A DNA stretch of 64,000 bases, from the IMG/VR virus record IMGVR_UViG_3300037067_002413, positions 64,001 through 128,000 of that record; one strand, given 5' to 3'. The notes beneath the pieces are model-generated. The model saw only the letters and a list, made by a program, of their open reading frames with translations. It did no database searches and was not told the origin of the DNA. The position numbers were made by a program, and so were the translations under genes. This document shows, piece after piece, positions 28,268 to 37,852 of this stretch (the stretch's first letter is position 1; every line of letters starts with the position of its first letter). The DNA comes from a virus (taxonomy: Duplodnaviria; Caudoviricetes).

Positions 28268-29602
28268 ATGAGTGCTGCTACGCAAGTGAAGCTGGCTGCG
28301 GCCGGCATCGTGACCTTTCTCGCCCTGATCCTGGTAGGGATCATGTGGGGTGGCTTGGTCGGACACAACAACATGCAGGATTATCAAATCTACCAGTCGG
28401 TCTACGGCAATGTGTCCGTTATCGACAAGTCCGGTTACTACGGAAAATGGTTTGCCACCGTCTGGACGATGCCTCGTTCGATTCAGTGTTACTACTCGGC
28501 CAGCCCGAAAGAAGGCGGCAAATCCGACGATTCGATTCGAGTCACCTTCAACGATGGCGGCACCGCGCAAATCAGTTCGTTCGTGAAGATTCGTCTACCT
28601 GCGGATGAACCCCATCGGTTGCTGATCCACCAGGATTATGCCTCCAATCGGGATAGCATCATTGACGCCGTGAAGTCGCATCTCACAAATTGCGTGAAGT
28701 CCACTGGTCCGATGATGAGTGCCAGCGAGAATCAAGCAAGCCGTAAAGCCGAATTCAACCAGGTTGTCGAAGAACAACTCTCCAAGGGATTGTTCGAGAT
28801 GCGGCGTACCGAAGTTGAATTGTCCGATATGGGTCAATTGGAGGCAGCCGGCATCGGTGCTGATGGCAAACCCATCATGCGCGAGAAGAAAGCCAAGGTT
28901 GCGGCCACCGAGATCGTGCGTGACGGCAAGAATGCGCCTATTATCGTACAGGAAAGTCCGCTGAAACGGTACGGCATCGAGATCATTCAATTCTCGGTGA
29001 CGGAAACCGAATACGATGGCAAGACTTTGGAGCAGTTCGCCGCCAAGAAGCAAAGTTACTTGGCTGCCGAACAAGCGAAGGCTCAACGCCAAGAAGAACA
29101 ACAGCAAAAGTTGATGATCGTTGAGCGCGGGCTACGCCAGGTCGCCGAAACCGAAGCCGCTGCGAATCTGGAGAAGAAAAAGGCAACCGTCTCGGCTCAA
29201 CAGGAGCAAGAGGTAGCCGTGATTCGCAAACAGCAGGCTGTTACGCAGGCTCAACAGAAGGTCGAAGTCGCCTTGCAGGATAAACAAGAGGCTGAAACCT
29301 TGAAAGCGATCGCTCAGATCAAAGCCGACCGTGCTGAATTGGACAAGAAAGCCGTGATTTCGGCCGCCGAGGCAAAAGCCAAGGAGATCGAGATTGCCGG
29401 TGGATTGTCTGATAGGGATCGCGTTTTGGCTCAAATCAAAGCCGATCGTGACGTGAAAGTTGCGGCTTCCCTGGCTGGTATCCAATCGCCCCGCGTCATT
29501 ATGACTGGTGGCGACGGCAAGGATGGCAAAGGCGTCAACGACAACCTGATGAATCTCATGTTGTTGAAGGCAACCGGCGTACTGCCTAACGAAGGTAAGT
29601 AA
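28268..29602 (+). CDS. SPFH/flotillin-like membrane protein with long coiled coil
   Basis: GGAGG RBS; N-terminal TM, VTFNDGG, AEA/Q-rich coiled coil. Confidence 0.75.
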   Translation: MSAATQVKLAAAGIVTFLALILVGIMWGGLVGHNNMQDYQIYQSVYGNVSVIDKSGYYGKWFATVWTMPRSIQCYYSASPKEGGKSDDSIRVTFNDGGTAQISSFVKIRLPADEPHRLLIHQDYASNRDSIIDAVKSHLTNCVKSTGPMMSASENQASRKAEFNQVVEEQLSKGLFEMRRTEVELSDMGQLEAAGIGADGKPIMREKKAKVAATEIVRDGKNAPIIVQESPLKRYGIEIIQFSVTETEYDGKTLEQFAAKKQSYLAAEQAKAQRQEEQQQKLMIVERGLRQVAETEAAANLEKKKATVSAQQEQEVAVIRKQQAVTQAQQKVEVALQDKQEAETLKAIAQIKADRAELDKKAVISAAEAKAKEIEIAGGLSDRDRVLAQIKADRDVKVAASLAGIQSPRVIMTGGDGKDGKGVNDNLMNLMLLKATGVLPNEGK

Positions 29603-29608
29603 GTCGTT

Positions 29609-29706
29609 GTTTCTGTCGTCTAATGGCAAAAAGGCAACCAAAAGAATTATGCCTTTTAGGACACCGGCAGCGGTCGGTGATACAGGTTCGATTCCTGTCG
29701 GAAACA
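29609..29706 (+). ncRNA. tRNA-like RNA with hairpin insertion in the D-loop and a non-canonical anticodon arm
   Basis: Acceptor gtttctg/cggaaac, T-arm acagg-ttcgatt-cctgt, D-stem gtc/gac, insert aaaaggca...tgcctttt. Confidence 0.6.
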
Positions 29707-29708
29707 CT

Positions 29709-29885
29709 GCATCGGCGGCGTGGAATGGACACGCAGGGTCTTGGTGGGTTCCTAATTAAGGATGACGCCAGGATGCCAGACCCGGAATGGTAGGACGCCA
29801 AGCGCAGCGTTAGTAACCTACCGGACTACAAAGCCCGTCATTTATGGGTGCGCCTGGGAGCCGGAATCGAATACGGCCCGATGCG
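29709..29885 (+). ncRNA. tRNA-scaffold RNA with a >100-nt structured insert in place of the anticodon arm
   Basis: Acceptor gcatcgg/ccgatgc, D-arm gcgt-ggaatggac-acgc, T-like arm gccg...atcgaat..cggc; internal stems gggtct/agaccc, ggtagg/cctacc. Confidence 0.55.
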
Positions 29886-29888
29886 TTT

Positions 29889-29964
29889 GGCCTCGTCTAA
29901 TTCTAAATGGTCAGGATACTGGACCTTCAATCCGGGGATGCGGGTTCGAGTCCCGCCGAGGCTA
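29889..29964 (+). tRNA. tRNA-Glu(TTC), atypical C33
   Basis: Acceptor ggcctcg/cgaggct; anticodon stem ctgga/tccgg with loop cc-TTC-aa; T-arm gcggg-ttcgagt-cccgc. Confidence 0.7.
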
Positions 29965-29966
29965 CT

Positions 29967-32900
29967 ATGATGAATAATGAACCACACCAACGACGCCTGC
30001 CACTTAGAATCGGTGGCGTAATGCGATGCTGCATTGAAACGCTTGACAATGCACTTGTGACAGAGAACGAAGGGGACACGTTACATTGCCTCTATTGCAC
30101 GTCCCAACTCCGCGTCCGAGATGGCGCATGGGAGTGGGATTATCCACGGGAACACAATTATGGAAGTACGATTAAGCCGACGAAACCTGCTGACGCTCCT
30201 GGCAAAACTCGACATCCCAGGCGACGATTGCATGTTGATGAAGCCGGACGGAACGGTAGTAATTGCCGAACCTGACGAAGTTCATTATGCAAATCGCCCT
30301 GGTCCAGGTCCATTGAGCGACGAGACGGAAGCAAGGATGGCTGGCACCGAGGCCGCGATCGAAGCCATGCGTCAGTTTTGGAGCGATTCATGCGAGAACC
30401 TGCATTTGCTCTAGTCGTTGTCGAATGGCATGGTCGAGGGCGTATCCTAAAAAGGGTTACAAGTCCAATATGGTGAACGCTGCCAGAAATAAAGGTCCGC
30501 AATATCAAGTTGTTAAGACCAACGGAAAAGTCGGAGATTACGTGAAATTATGACGTTCTACATGCTGCGTGACAAGAAGACAGGAAAATGGTATCGACGT
30601 GGGAGCGAAAGTGGTTCCTGGGTCGATCAATCCAATGCGTCTGTCTGGACCTCGCCGGATGGTCCGCAAGCCTGTAAAGGCGTCATTACAAAACGCAATT
30701 GGCACAGGTCGTCCGTTCGGGAACCGGAGATTGTGGCCATCGAAGTTCCATCCTATGAGGAAACACAATGCGGTTGAAGTTGCTGTGGACGATCATGCGG
30801 CATAAGTGGTACGTGCTCTACGCGGGCATCCGGCTGGGCGTTTCGCTCAAACGACTGCTCAAACACGATCTGTCGAAACTATCACGGGCAGAGTTTGGAC
30901 CTTATGCCAGATTCCGATATGGCGATCGGGATGATAGGCAAAGTTCACGAGCATGGGCCGAAGCCTGGTGGCACCACTACTTCAATAACGATCACCATTG
31001 GGAATACTGGTTATCGCGCGACCCTAAATTGCGTGGCATTCCGACTGGAGGCAATCTTCCTATGTCGGTGGACGCCGCCCGCGAAATGGTCGCCGATTGG
31101 CTGGCTGCCGGAAAAGTATATGAAGGCAAATGGCCAGACCTGAATGATTTTACATGGTTCAAGAAACGAAGGCACGAGATGCAAATGCACCCGCTCAGTT
31201 GGGCGCGATTGTTTATTGAAATCGACAAGGCGGCGAAACTGAAATGGTAAACTGCGGTTGCAACGGAGAGCATTGGTGTCACGAATGCAGGCATCATAGT
31301 TATGACACTGTGTATAACGAAACGGATTGCAAAAAAGGAAATGCAATCGTCAGCGGCCGAGAGACAGACTGCAAGGATTGGGAGTGCGAATATATCGGAT
31401 GGTGCCAAACAAACGGCGACAAAATCAAAGAACTGACAGCAAAGTTAAGCGAGATGGTTGGGTTGTACGAGGCTGAGAAACTTCTGAGAAAGCAAGCCGA
31501 AAAAGAAATTAGCCCATGATAACCACTTACGATCAACAATACCACATTCCCTGCGAAGTGTGCGGCAAGTGGACGCTCTACATCGGCAAAAGAAGATTGT
31601 GCCAAAATTGTTGGGAGGTAGAAAGCCGACTTGAAGAGTATCTGAAAACCGCCAAAGGACGCGAGTTCGTCGTACAAAAGTTGACCGGCACGGTGTTTGG
31701 TTTACGACCGCCAGAATACGAAAAAGATCACATTGCATTGGATGCCGCTCGGTCTGCAAGTAGAGAAGGTTTTCAAGTTCGTTTGTCCAACAAGGCAGCC
31801 CTCGGATATTGGTGGGCTTATTACGACAATCAAGTTTGTCAAGCCGGCGATCCGGCTGATGCAATTCTCGGAATCTACAAAACTCTGGACGTAACGGTGA
31901 AAGATGAACGAGGCATTGAAATTACTCCACGATCTCAACGAGATTTGCAATCTCGGTGATCTGATTTATCACGTCCGTGAAAACGAAGGACTTGGATGGG
32001 GCGGTCCAAATGTTGTAGCGTGGGGCAACGCTTGCAAACGCATGGAAGAATTATTGGAGAACTATGGCGACGGAAACCAAGATGAAAGTCATCAAGAAGC
32101 CTGATGGCTACTGGGTGACGCGAATACCTGATTGTGAACCGTGCGGCCCGTATACCACCAAGGTTGACGCCGAAGACACGCAGCGTGGACTTGAACGATT
32201 TTACAAATATCAAGACGAACCTGGCTTCATTACTTGCGAAGACAAAAGGCTGAAACATGGACGATGACTTAGTGACGAATCCCAGAGAAACAATGGCGGA
32301 TTCCATTCTTGAGTATGCGCGGGACTTATACGCATATTGGGACCGTCGTGGTATCAAAGACGGAAAGATACACGTCACCGTGACTCCGCGCATCCCTGGT
32401 GCAAAGGATGAATCAGTAGGACGAATCTACGGAATCGAAGTCATCGTTGAACGCAGGCCCAAAGCATTAACTGCCAATGTCGAGGTTACGAAACGCGACG
32501 GCGGGTTCAATGTGCAATTTGGCAAGTCAACTGTTCACGTTGACGGTGGTCCCGTCGCCGCCTGGGCAGAAAACCTATTTCGATAATCTGGAGAAACCAT
32601 GCTGAAACTTACCGAACCAACTATGCGTGAAGAAAAGTTGTACGAACTTCACGCCAACAACATCGCCATCATCATTTCGGCCGGCGGGTGTGCTGGCGGA
32701 ATCGAGCAAGCAGTCGAGTTGTACTTGAAGACTGTTGGAATTCAAGAGAAAAAATAATGGCAAGGTCCGAATACATTTATCTGGTTCGCTACCTGGAACC
32801 AGGACATCCGGCGCACCTTGATTTCCTTGCTGCGTTCACGGTGAAGCGCGAGGCGATTGATTGGGCAATCCTGTGCCCACATCACTTGCCGCATCTTCAA

Positions 32901-33727
32901 CTGTCGCGCACGAGGGATGGAATGACTTACCATAAGGCCGAAGAAGTAATCCCTTGGCCGCCAGAAGCATTGTACCGTTCGTCACTGGACACTAGAAAGC
33001 TGGAACCAAATGACTACTGGCAAGAATACCAGGGTAAATTCGTCGAACTTACCCGAGGAACCGAAACACCTAAAACGGATTCCAAAACGGAAACGGTTCG
33101 GAATCGAACAATGGTCTACGTGGAACCAAAAATGGTGCCTACGCCAATGGTACGTTACCGAAAAGGCACGCGACCAGGCACTCTATAGTCTGGAAAACAA
33201 AACGACAATGTTGACGGGAACCCAATGGGACACGCCCGTTAGAAAGATTGATCGCTGAAATCAAGAGGAAAAAGGCGGGTTCAATTCCCGATCGCTTGTC
33301 GAGTTCTGGTGAGAAGGGAAGTGGTTCAACTCCACATTTAGCTCCGGGTAGCGAAAGACACGGCTTTCTCGGCTTGTTAGTTGTCGTAGGAAATACTGAT
33401 GACAGAGAACGAATACAAAGTATTGGGCAGCGGCCGAGAATGGTTCGTCTGGATATGGCGACCAGGTAGTTGGTTTTGGAAAATCCTGCTTGGACCCTAC
33501 CTGACAAAACGGCGAGCGCGCAAGGAAATGGAGAAACTACAATGACATTTGGCAACGTGCGAACAGTGGAAGAATTGATTGATGCCTTGAGTCATTTCGA
33601 GGGCGACACGGAGGTTTATGTATCTCATAATTTCGATAACTATCATCTTGGTAGCATCGAGCCAAGTCAGAAAAACGATTACGACGTAACTCCGATTGTA
33701 TCAATTTCCTTGTGGAGCGAACAATGA
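29967..33727 (+). other. run of short, translationally coupled hypothetical phage genes (e.g. 30550-30777, 31244-31519, 31516-31959, 31904-32104, 32064-32267, 32257-32586, 32757-33188, 33010-33258)
   Basis: Tightly packed + strand ORFs with RBSs; no recognisable families except the DUF5662-like gene listed separately. Confidence 0.55.
30768..31250 (+). CDS. HD-like protein (DUF5662-type)
   Basis: HK.YV, HDLSK, WWHH...NDHHWEYW, EMVADW. Confidence 0.7.
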   Translation: MRLKLLWTIMRHKWYVLYAGIRLGVSLKRLLKHDLSKLSRAEFGPYARFRYGDRDDRQSSRAWAEAWWHHYFNNDHHWEYWLSRDPKLRGIPTGGNLPMSVDAAREMVADWLAAGKVYEGKWPDLNDFTWFKKRRHEMQMHPLSWARLFIEIDKAAKLKW

Positions 33728-34134
33728 GACGACCAAAAGTTGGAGTCGGTGTTGCCATTCGATGTGACGATCACGTTCTACTGGGCCTACGTTGCGGCAG
33801 CCACGCTGCCGGCATGTGGGGATTCCCTGGCGGTCACCTGGAGGGCGGCGAGTCCTTCGAGCATTGCGTAATCCGTGAGACGGCCGAAGAGACTGGCATC
33901 ATGTTGGTCTCTGCGAAAATATGGACTGTAGAAAACATCGTCTTCTGGACCGAAGACAGACATTATGTAACCATCCTAATGGTTGCCGACATGCCATCCG
34001 ATCAAAACGCAATCATCCGCGAACCCGAGAAGTGCAGAAAATGGGATTGGTTTCCCTGGGAAAATTTGCCATCGCCAGTGATGCCGGCAATCGAGAATGT
34101 TGTCCGAAAAGGATTTACTCCAATAGGATTTTAG
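33724..34134 (+). CDS. Nudix hydrolase (MutT/NUDT15-like)
   Basis: PKVGVGV, PGGHLEGGESFEHCVIRETAEETG, EPEKC..W.W. Confidence 0.9.
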   Translation: MRRPKVGVGVAIRCDDHVLLGLRCGSHAAGMWGFPGGHLEGGESFEHCVIRETAEETGIMLVSAKIWTVENIVFWTEDRHYVTILMVADMPSDQNAIIREPEKCRKWDWFPWENLPSPVMPAIENVVRKGFTPIGF

Positions 34135-34331
34135 CATGTTCTCCGTAAAACAGAAACGCGAGATCGCCGAGAAGGTTCAACAACTTCTTCGAGACACAAA
34201 TCATCCTGAATTGCCAGAAGATGAAATTCGATTTCACCTGCATGTGGAAGGCGACCAACCGTGGAGTTGGTCAGACATCTACAACAACGGTGCTGTAACC
34301 AATCCCGTCCCCAATCCTTGGAACGAACATT

Positions 34332-34757
34332 ATGAAAATCCTTATCATGCTTTTGACATTAGCGGCACTGTCACCCAACGCACAGCTTGTGGAGCGGGGA
34401 CGGGAATTGCAAGTGAAATCCATCCTGACAGGAACGGTTCACCCGGTTCTGCAAGCCGAGGCTGAGGCGCACGCTGCCTATCAAGCAAAGATTCACCGCC
34501 AAGGTCATTTCTGGTGGGGAGAGATTCGCTACCCGCGAATCAGACAACAGATTCCTGAGTGCAGTACCTTCGCCGAAGTGGCAAATGAAAGTTGGCCAGG
34601 TCAAGATCAGACCGACGCAGCAAACGAAATGTACAAGTCCTGGAAACACTCTCCCGGTCACTGGTCTGCCGTGAACGGATCGTGTCGATATTACGGCTAC
34701 GCAATGGTGTTGAGTGACAACGGCATTTGGTATGCCTGCGGCATTTTCGCTGAATAA
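34332..34757 (+). CDS. secreted CAP/SCP-domain protein
   Basis: Signal peptide; AE.HA, E.....W, W..SPGH. Confidence 0.7.
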   Translation: MKILIMLLTLAALSPNAQLVERGRELQVKSILTGTVHPVLQAEAEAHAAYQAKIHRQGHFWWGEIRYPRIRQQIPECSTFAEVANESWPGQDQTDAANEMYKSWKHSPGHWSAVNGSCRYYGYAMVLSDNGIWYACGIFAE

Positions 34758-34769
34758 CAAAGGGATAAC

Positions 34770-35177
34770 ATGAATCATCAAACTCGATTGGAACTGACCG
34801 ACAACGGAACGACACTTGCCATCAAAATGTCCGAGGGCAATCCTGGGGCACTCCGAGTGATTGTCGAACTTATGAAAGAAGGCAACTGGATTGACCCGGT
34901 TGGAATGGGAGGAGTCGGGGCAGTATTGATGATGGATACATTTGGCATCTACGGGTCTCGCATTTGGATGCTTTACAAGGACGTTTGCAACCAAGACATC
35001 ATCAAGACGATGGCTGTCATTCGCGGTTGCCAACTGGGCATTCTTAATGAACATACGATGAACGCTGCGATCGACGGAGCGAGTCTCGACACCGACGAGT
35101 TGTTGACCAAAGTGCAGGAGCGGTTGGGCAATTTTGGACAGAAAGATACGGCAGTCAGGCCGGCAAACCTCAACTAA
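34770..35177 (+). CDS. conserved phage hypothetical protein
   Basis: MSEGNPGA...D..GIYGSRIWMLYKDVC. Confidence 0.65.
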   Translation: MNHQTRLELTDNGTTLAIKMSEGNPGALRVIVELMKEGNWIDPVGMGGVGAVLMMDTFGIYGSRIWMLYKDVCNQDIIKTMAVIRGCQLGILNEHTMNAAIDGASLDTDELLTKVQERLGNFGQKDTAVRPANLN

Positions 35178-35290
35178 TTGTACCATGTCGTTGAGGTACG
35201 GAAACCCTTGCAAGGAATCCGTCGCCAGTGTAGCCGAAGGGAGCAACGCGACTCCTAGCCAGGCTCGACCCCTGGGACTGTCTCTTTATT

Positions 35291-35382
35291 GGTAGTTGGG
35301 CGTAGACGATCGCGCGGGTTTCCTAACCGTCATTGCGTTAGTCGCTGATGGCATCCTGCCGATACCATTACGCCCAACTGCC
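35291..35382 (+). ncRNA. candidate structured RNA closed by a 14-bp stem
   Basis: ggtagttgggcgta/tacgcccaactgcc followed by tgtttt. Confidence 0.5.
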
Positions 35383-35598
35383 TGTTTTATCATCAAACAG
35401 GATCAGTTTATGACTATGAAATGGTATAGTATCATCTCTCCAACTGGGACAATTGTAAGCGATTTTATAGCGATGGTGTTGTCCTGTGACATTTACTTTC
35501 TTTATTGTCAAGGGTACGTTTTCCTAGCCGTAACTACGTTTGCCATTAACGTGGCTATTTGCATGGCCGTTGAAGTTCGCAAGCATCCGAATAATTTG

Positions 35599-35688
35599 GG
35601 AAGTGAGCCGGATATTGGTTTGGCCGGGCCGCATTGCTAATGCGTGCGCTCTTAACTGGGCGTGAGAGTTCGATTCCCTCCGCTTCCG
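35599..35688 (+). tRNA. tRNA-Ser(GCT)
   Basis: Acceptor ggaagtg/cgcttcc, G73, loop tt-GCT-aa, long variable arm gcgctc/gggcgt, T-loop ttcgatt. Confidence 0.85.
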
Positions 35689-35703
35689 CTTAACGGTATT
35701 AAA

Positions 35704-36537
35704 ATGACTTATTACAACGACAACAATCCTGCCATCATTGAATGGCTAAAGGCATTAAAACGTGTTCGGTTGATAGGATGTGGCGTAATTGACAATCGGA
35801 GCATCGCAGATGTTAGATCGAAGGACATCATCAACTACACCCGTTGCCATTTCTTCGCGGGAATCGCAGGGTGGGAATACGCCCTGGAACTTGCCGGATG
35901 GCCGACAAACAGACCCGTTTGGACGGGAAGTTGTCCCTGTCAGCCGTTCTCTACCGCCAACGGAAAAGGTAAAGGTGAAAAAGACCCCAGACACTTGTGG
36001 CCTGAATTCCGACGACTCATCGACGAGTGCCGTCCTGCAACGATCTTTGGAGAACAAGTTGCATCAAAGGCTGGACGTGAATGGCTCTCCCGAGTACGTG
36101 TTGACTTGGAGAAATTGGGATATGCAGTCGGGGCAGCCGATCTGTGCTCTCCGTGCGTCGGTGCGCCGCACATCAGACAGAGACTTTACTGGGTGGCCAA
36201 CACCCCAAGTGTTCGATGCGTCAAACAACGGTCGTCCAAGGGCACTTCGGTACAAGGGGAACGCTCCAAGCGAACGGGGAAATACGAGAAACCCCAACAC
36301 GATGGGGAGTTACCGGGGCGACTTGAAAGATTATGCAGGGTTGACGGTTTTGCGCAGGCGTGGAGCAACTACTATTCCGTCAAATGCCGAGATGGAAAAC
36401 ATCGGCGCGTTGGCACCGGCCTTCGTTGCTTGGATCATGGGGTTCCCGGCAGAGTGGCTCAACTCAGTGGATTGGGAAATGCCATTGTTCCACAACTCGC
36501 GTCGGCGTTCATAACTTCATTTTTGGATGCAGAGTAA
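35704..36537 (+). CDS. DNA (cytosine-5) methyltransferase, alpha-type chain
   Basis: FFAGIAG, GSCPCQPFS, GEQV, PHIRQR, LGNAIVPQ. Confidence 0.85.
   Translation: MTYYNDNNPAIIEWLKALKRVRLIGCGVIDNRSIADVRSKDIINYTRCHFFAGIAGWEYALELAGWPTNRPVWTGSCPCQPFSTANGKGKGEKDPRHLWPEFRRLIDECRPATIFGEQVASKAGREWLSRVRVDLEKLGYAVGAADLCSPCVGAPHIRQRLYWVANTPSVRCVKQRSSKGTSVQGERSKRTGKYEKPQHDGELPGRLERLCRVDGFAQAWSNYYSVKCRDGKHRRVGTGLRCLDHGVPGRVAQLSGLGNAIVPQLASAFITSFLDAE
35789..36514 (+). CDS. nested alternative-frame C5-MTase beta subunit
   Basis: GWPTP and GALAPAFVAWIMGFPAEW (motif IX-like); start uncertain. Confidence 0.65.
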   Translation: MTIGASQMLDRRTSSTTPVAISSRESQGGNTPWNLPDGRQTDPFGREVVPVSRSLPPTEKVKVKKTPDTCGLNSDDSSTSAVLQRSLENKLHQRLDVNGSPEYVLTWRNWDMQSGQPICALRASVRRTSDRDFTGWPTPQVFDASNNGRPRALRYKGNAPSERGNTRNPNTMGSYRGDLKDYAGLTVLRRRGATTIPSNAEMENIGALAPAFVAWIMGFPAEWLNSVDWEMPLFHNSRRRS

Positions 36538-36890
36538 CATCATGTTCATCAGGATGTTCGTTCAACTTAATAGTGTTGCTTTTGCACCGCCTAATGAAAT
36601 CATCGAGCGATTGCGAAACTGTCTCCGCAATGAGTTCAAGCCTGATGACAACAACGATATTTTCATTAGTTTAGAAGAGGCATCGTGGACACAACCATCA
36701 TGGCGGGAACCAAATATGTCTTCCAACTCATTGCCAGCGGTCAATGTGCCGCCGCGATAGCGGAATCGCCCGACGAAGCCCGCCGGCGAGCAATCATTAT
36801 GGACCCGACAGGGCCGTGGTTGGAAGCAGAGATTCTAGTAATCTGTCGCGTGTCGCCAACTACGACACGTATTCTTGCCTTAGAACGCAA

Positions 36891-37298
36891 ATGAGACACT
36901 TCCGAACCTATCACGATCCAGAGGTTGCGAAATGGGTCAAGCAATTGACTAAGGATTTTTCCAACTGGTTTTTGGAAAACGTGGGCGTCGATCATCAAAT
37001 CACCATCAGGCTGCTGGCTGCCGGTTCCATTATCATAAGGACTGGTCGGGCCGCAGCCTGTTTTGGTTTACAGAGAGAAAAACCTTGCATTGACGTTGCA
37101 ACCTGGTGGTATTTTTGGCGTGAAGACGGCTGGGTAACAAATCGCGTGGAAGCTCGCGCTTTCATTCTTGAGAGCCTGGCGCACGAATTCTCGCATTATG
37201 ATAAATGGCGACGTGGTGTCCAGTGGGAAAATCATCGTGGCTTGCAAAGACAAGTTGATTCAATGATACGAAAGTTTAACAACTCAATAGGAGCCTAA
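36891..37298 (+). CDS. HExxH metallopeptidase-like protein
   Basis: SLAHEFSH. Confidence 0.5.
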   Translation: MRHFRTYHDPEVAKWVKQLTKDFSNWFLENVGVDHQITIRLLAAGSIIIRTGRAAACFGLQREKPCIDVATWWYFWREDGWVTNRVEARAFILESLAHEFSHYDKWRRGVQWENHRGLQRQVDSMIRKFNNSIGA

Positions 37299-37299
37299 C

Positions 37300-37746
37300 A
37301 TGGCTAAAGACGATTCAGGCAAAAGAGAAGAACAAAAGATTATCGACGCTCGAAAGGTTCTCGAACCACAAGAGGTTAAACAGGGAAAAGTGCCAGGATG
37401 GCTGTCGAAGAAGGTCAGGGCGTATTGCAAACGTCACGAGTTATGCACGCGCGGGTCTGCGGGGGAACTGGTTAGGGAGGTATTGTATGATGTCCAGAAA
37501 TCCTTGGGCGTCGAACCTTACACCATCTTAGACCATTGGGGGACTTCGGTGGGCGGTCCCTATGTTTGCTGCAATGAGGCCAGCAAGTGTTTCGTCACCG
37601 AGCCTTACGGTTTCGACTTCGGGAAAGCACAAGTCCTCGAAGCATTCTGCGCTATCCTTGGTCTGGAATGGCATGTAAGTTCCAATACATGGTGGAACCC
37701 AGGGGCTACCGTCCGAATCACCATCCACGAGGATAACAGAAAATAA
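37300..37746 (+). CDS. hypothetical protein
   Basis: AGGAG RBS. Confidence 0.6.
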   Translation: MAKDDSGKREEQKIIDARKVLEPQEVKQGKVPGWLSKKVRAYCKRHELCTRGSAGELVREVLYDVQKSLGVEPYTILDHWGTSVGGPYVCCNEASKCFVTEPYGFDFGKAQVLEAFCAILGLEWHVSSNTWWNPGATVRITIHEDNRK

Positions 37747-37751
37747 ACGCA

Positions 37752-37804
37752 TAACCGGAAAGTCCACCCTAACCGGAAACTTTTCCTAGCCGTCAAAGTT
37801 TACC
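37752..37804 (+). promoter_or_regulatory. triple TA(A/G)CCG..AAA(C/G)TT iteron block
   Basis: taaccggaaagtccaccc-taaccggaaacttttcc-tagccgtcaaagttt; near-copy at 48062-48110. Confidence 0.6.
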
Positions 37805-37852
37805 AATTTTCTTTCCGATGAGATTTATTAGTCCATAACGGAAAGGAAAATC

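Noticed and set aside
29709-29885. tmRNA or group I intron-containing tRNA
   Set aside because: No Ala-type G3:U70 acceptor or tag ORF; the insert is too short and I could not identify group I core elements
6749-29964. Stop-codon recoding via amber/opal suppressor tRNAs
   Set aside because: The anticodon stems place TCT and TTC centrally, and long conserved genes are uninterrupted in code 11 and end in TAA, TGA or TAG
9466-35246. Long minus-strand ORFs (9466-10359, 14983-15813, 22947-23729, 34371-35246)
   Set aside because: They are antisense shadows of well-supported + strand genes and have no motifs
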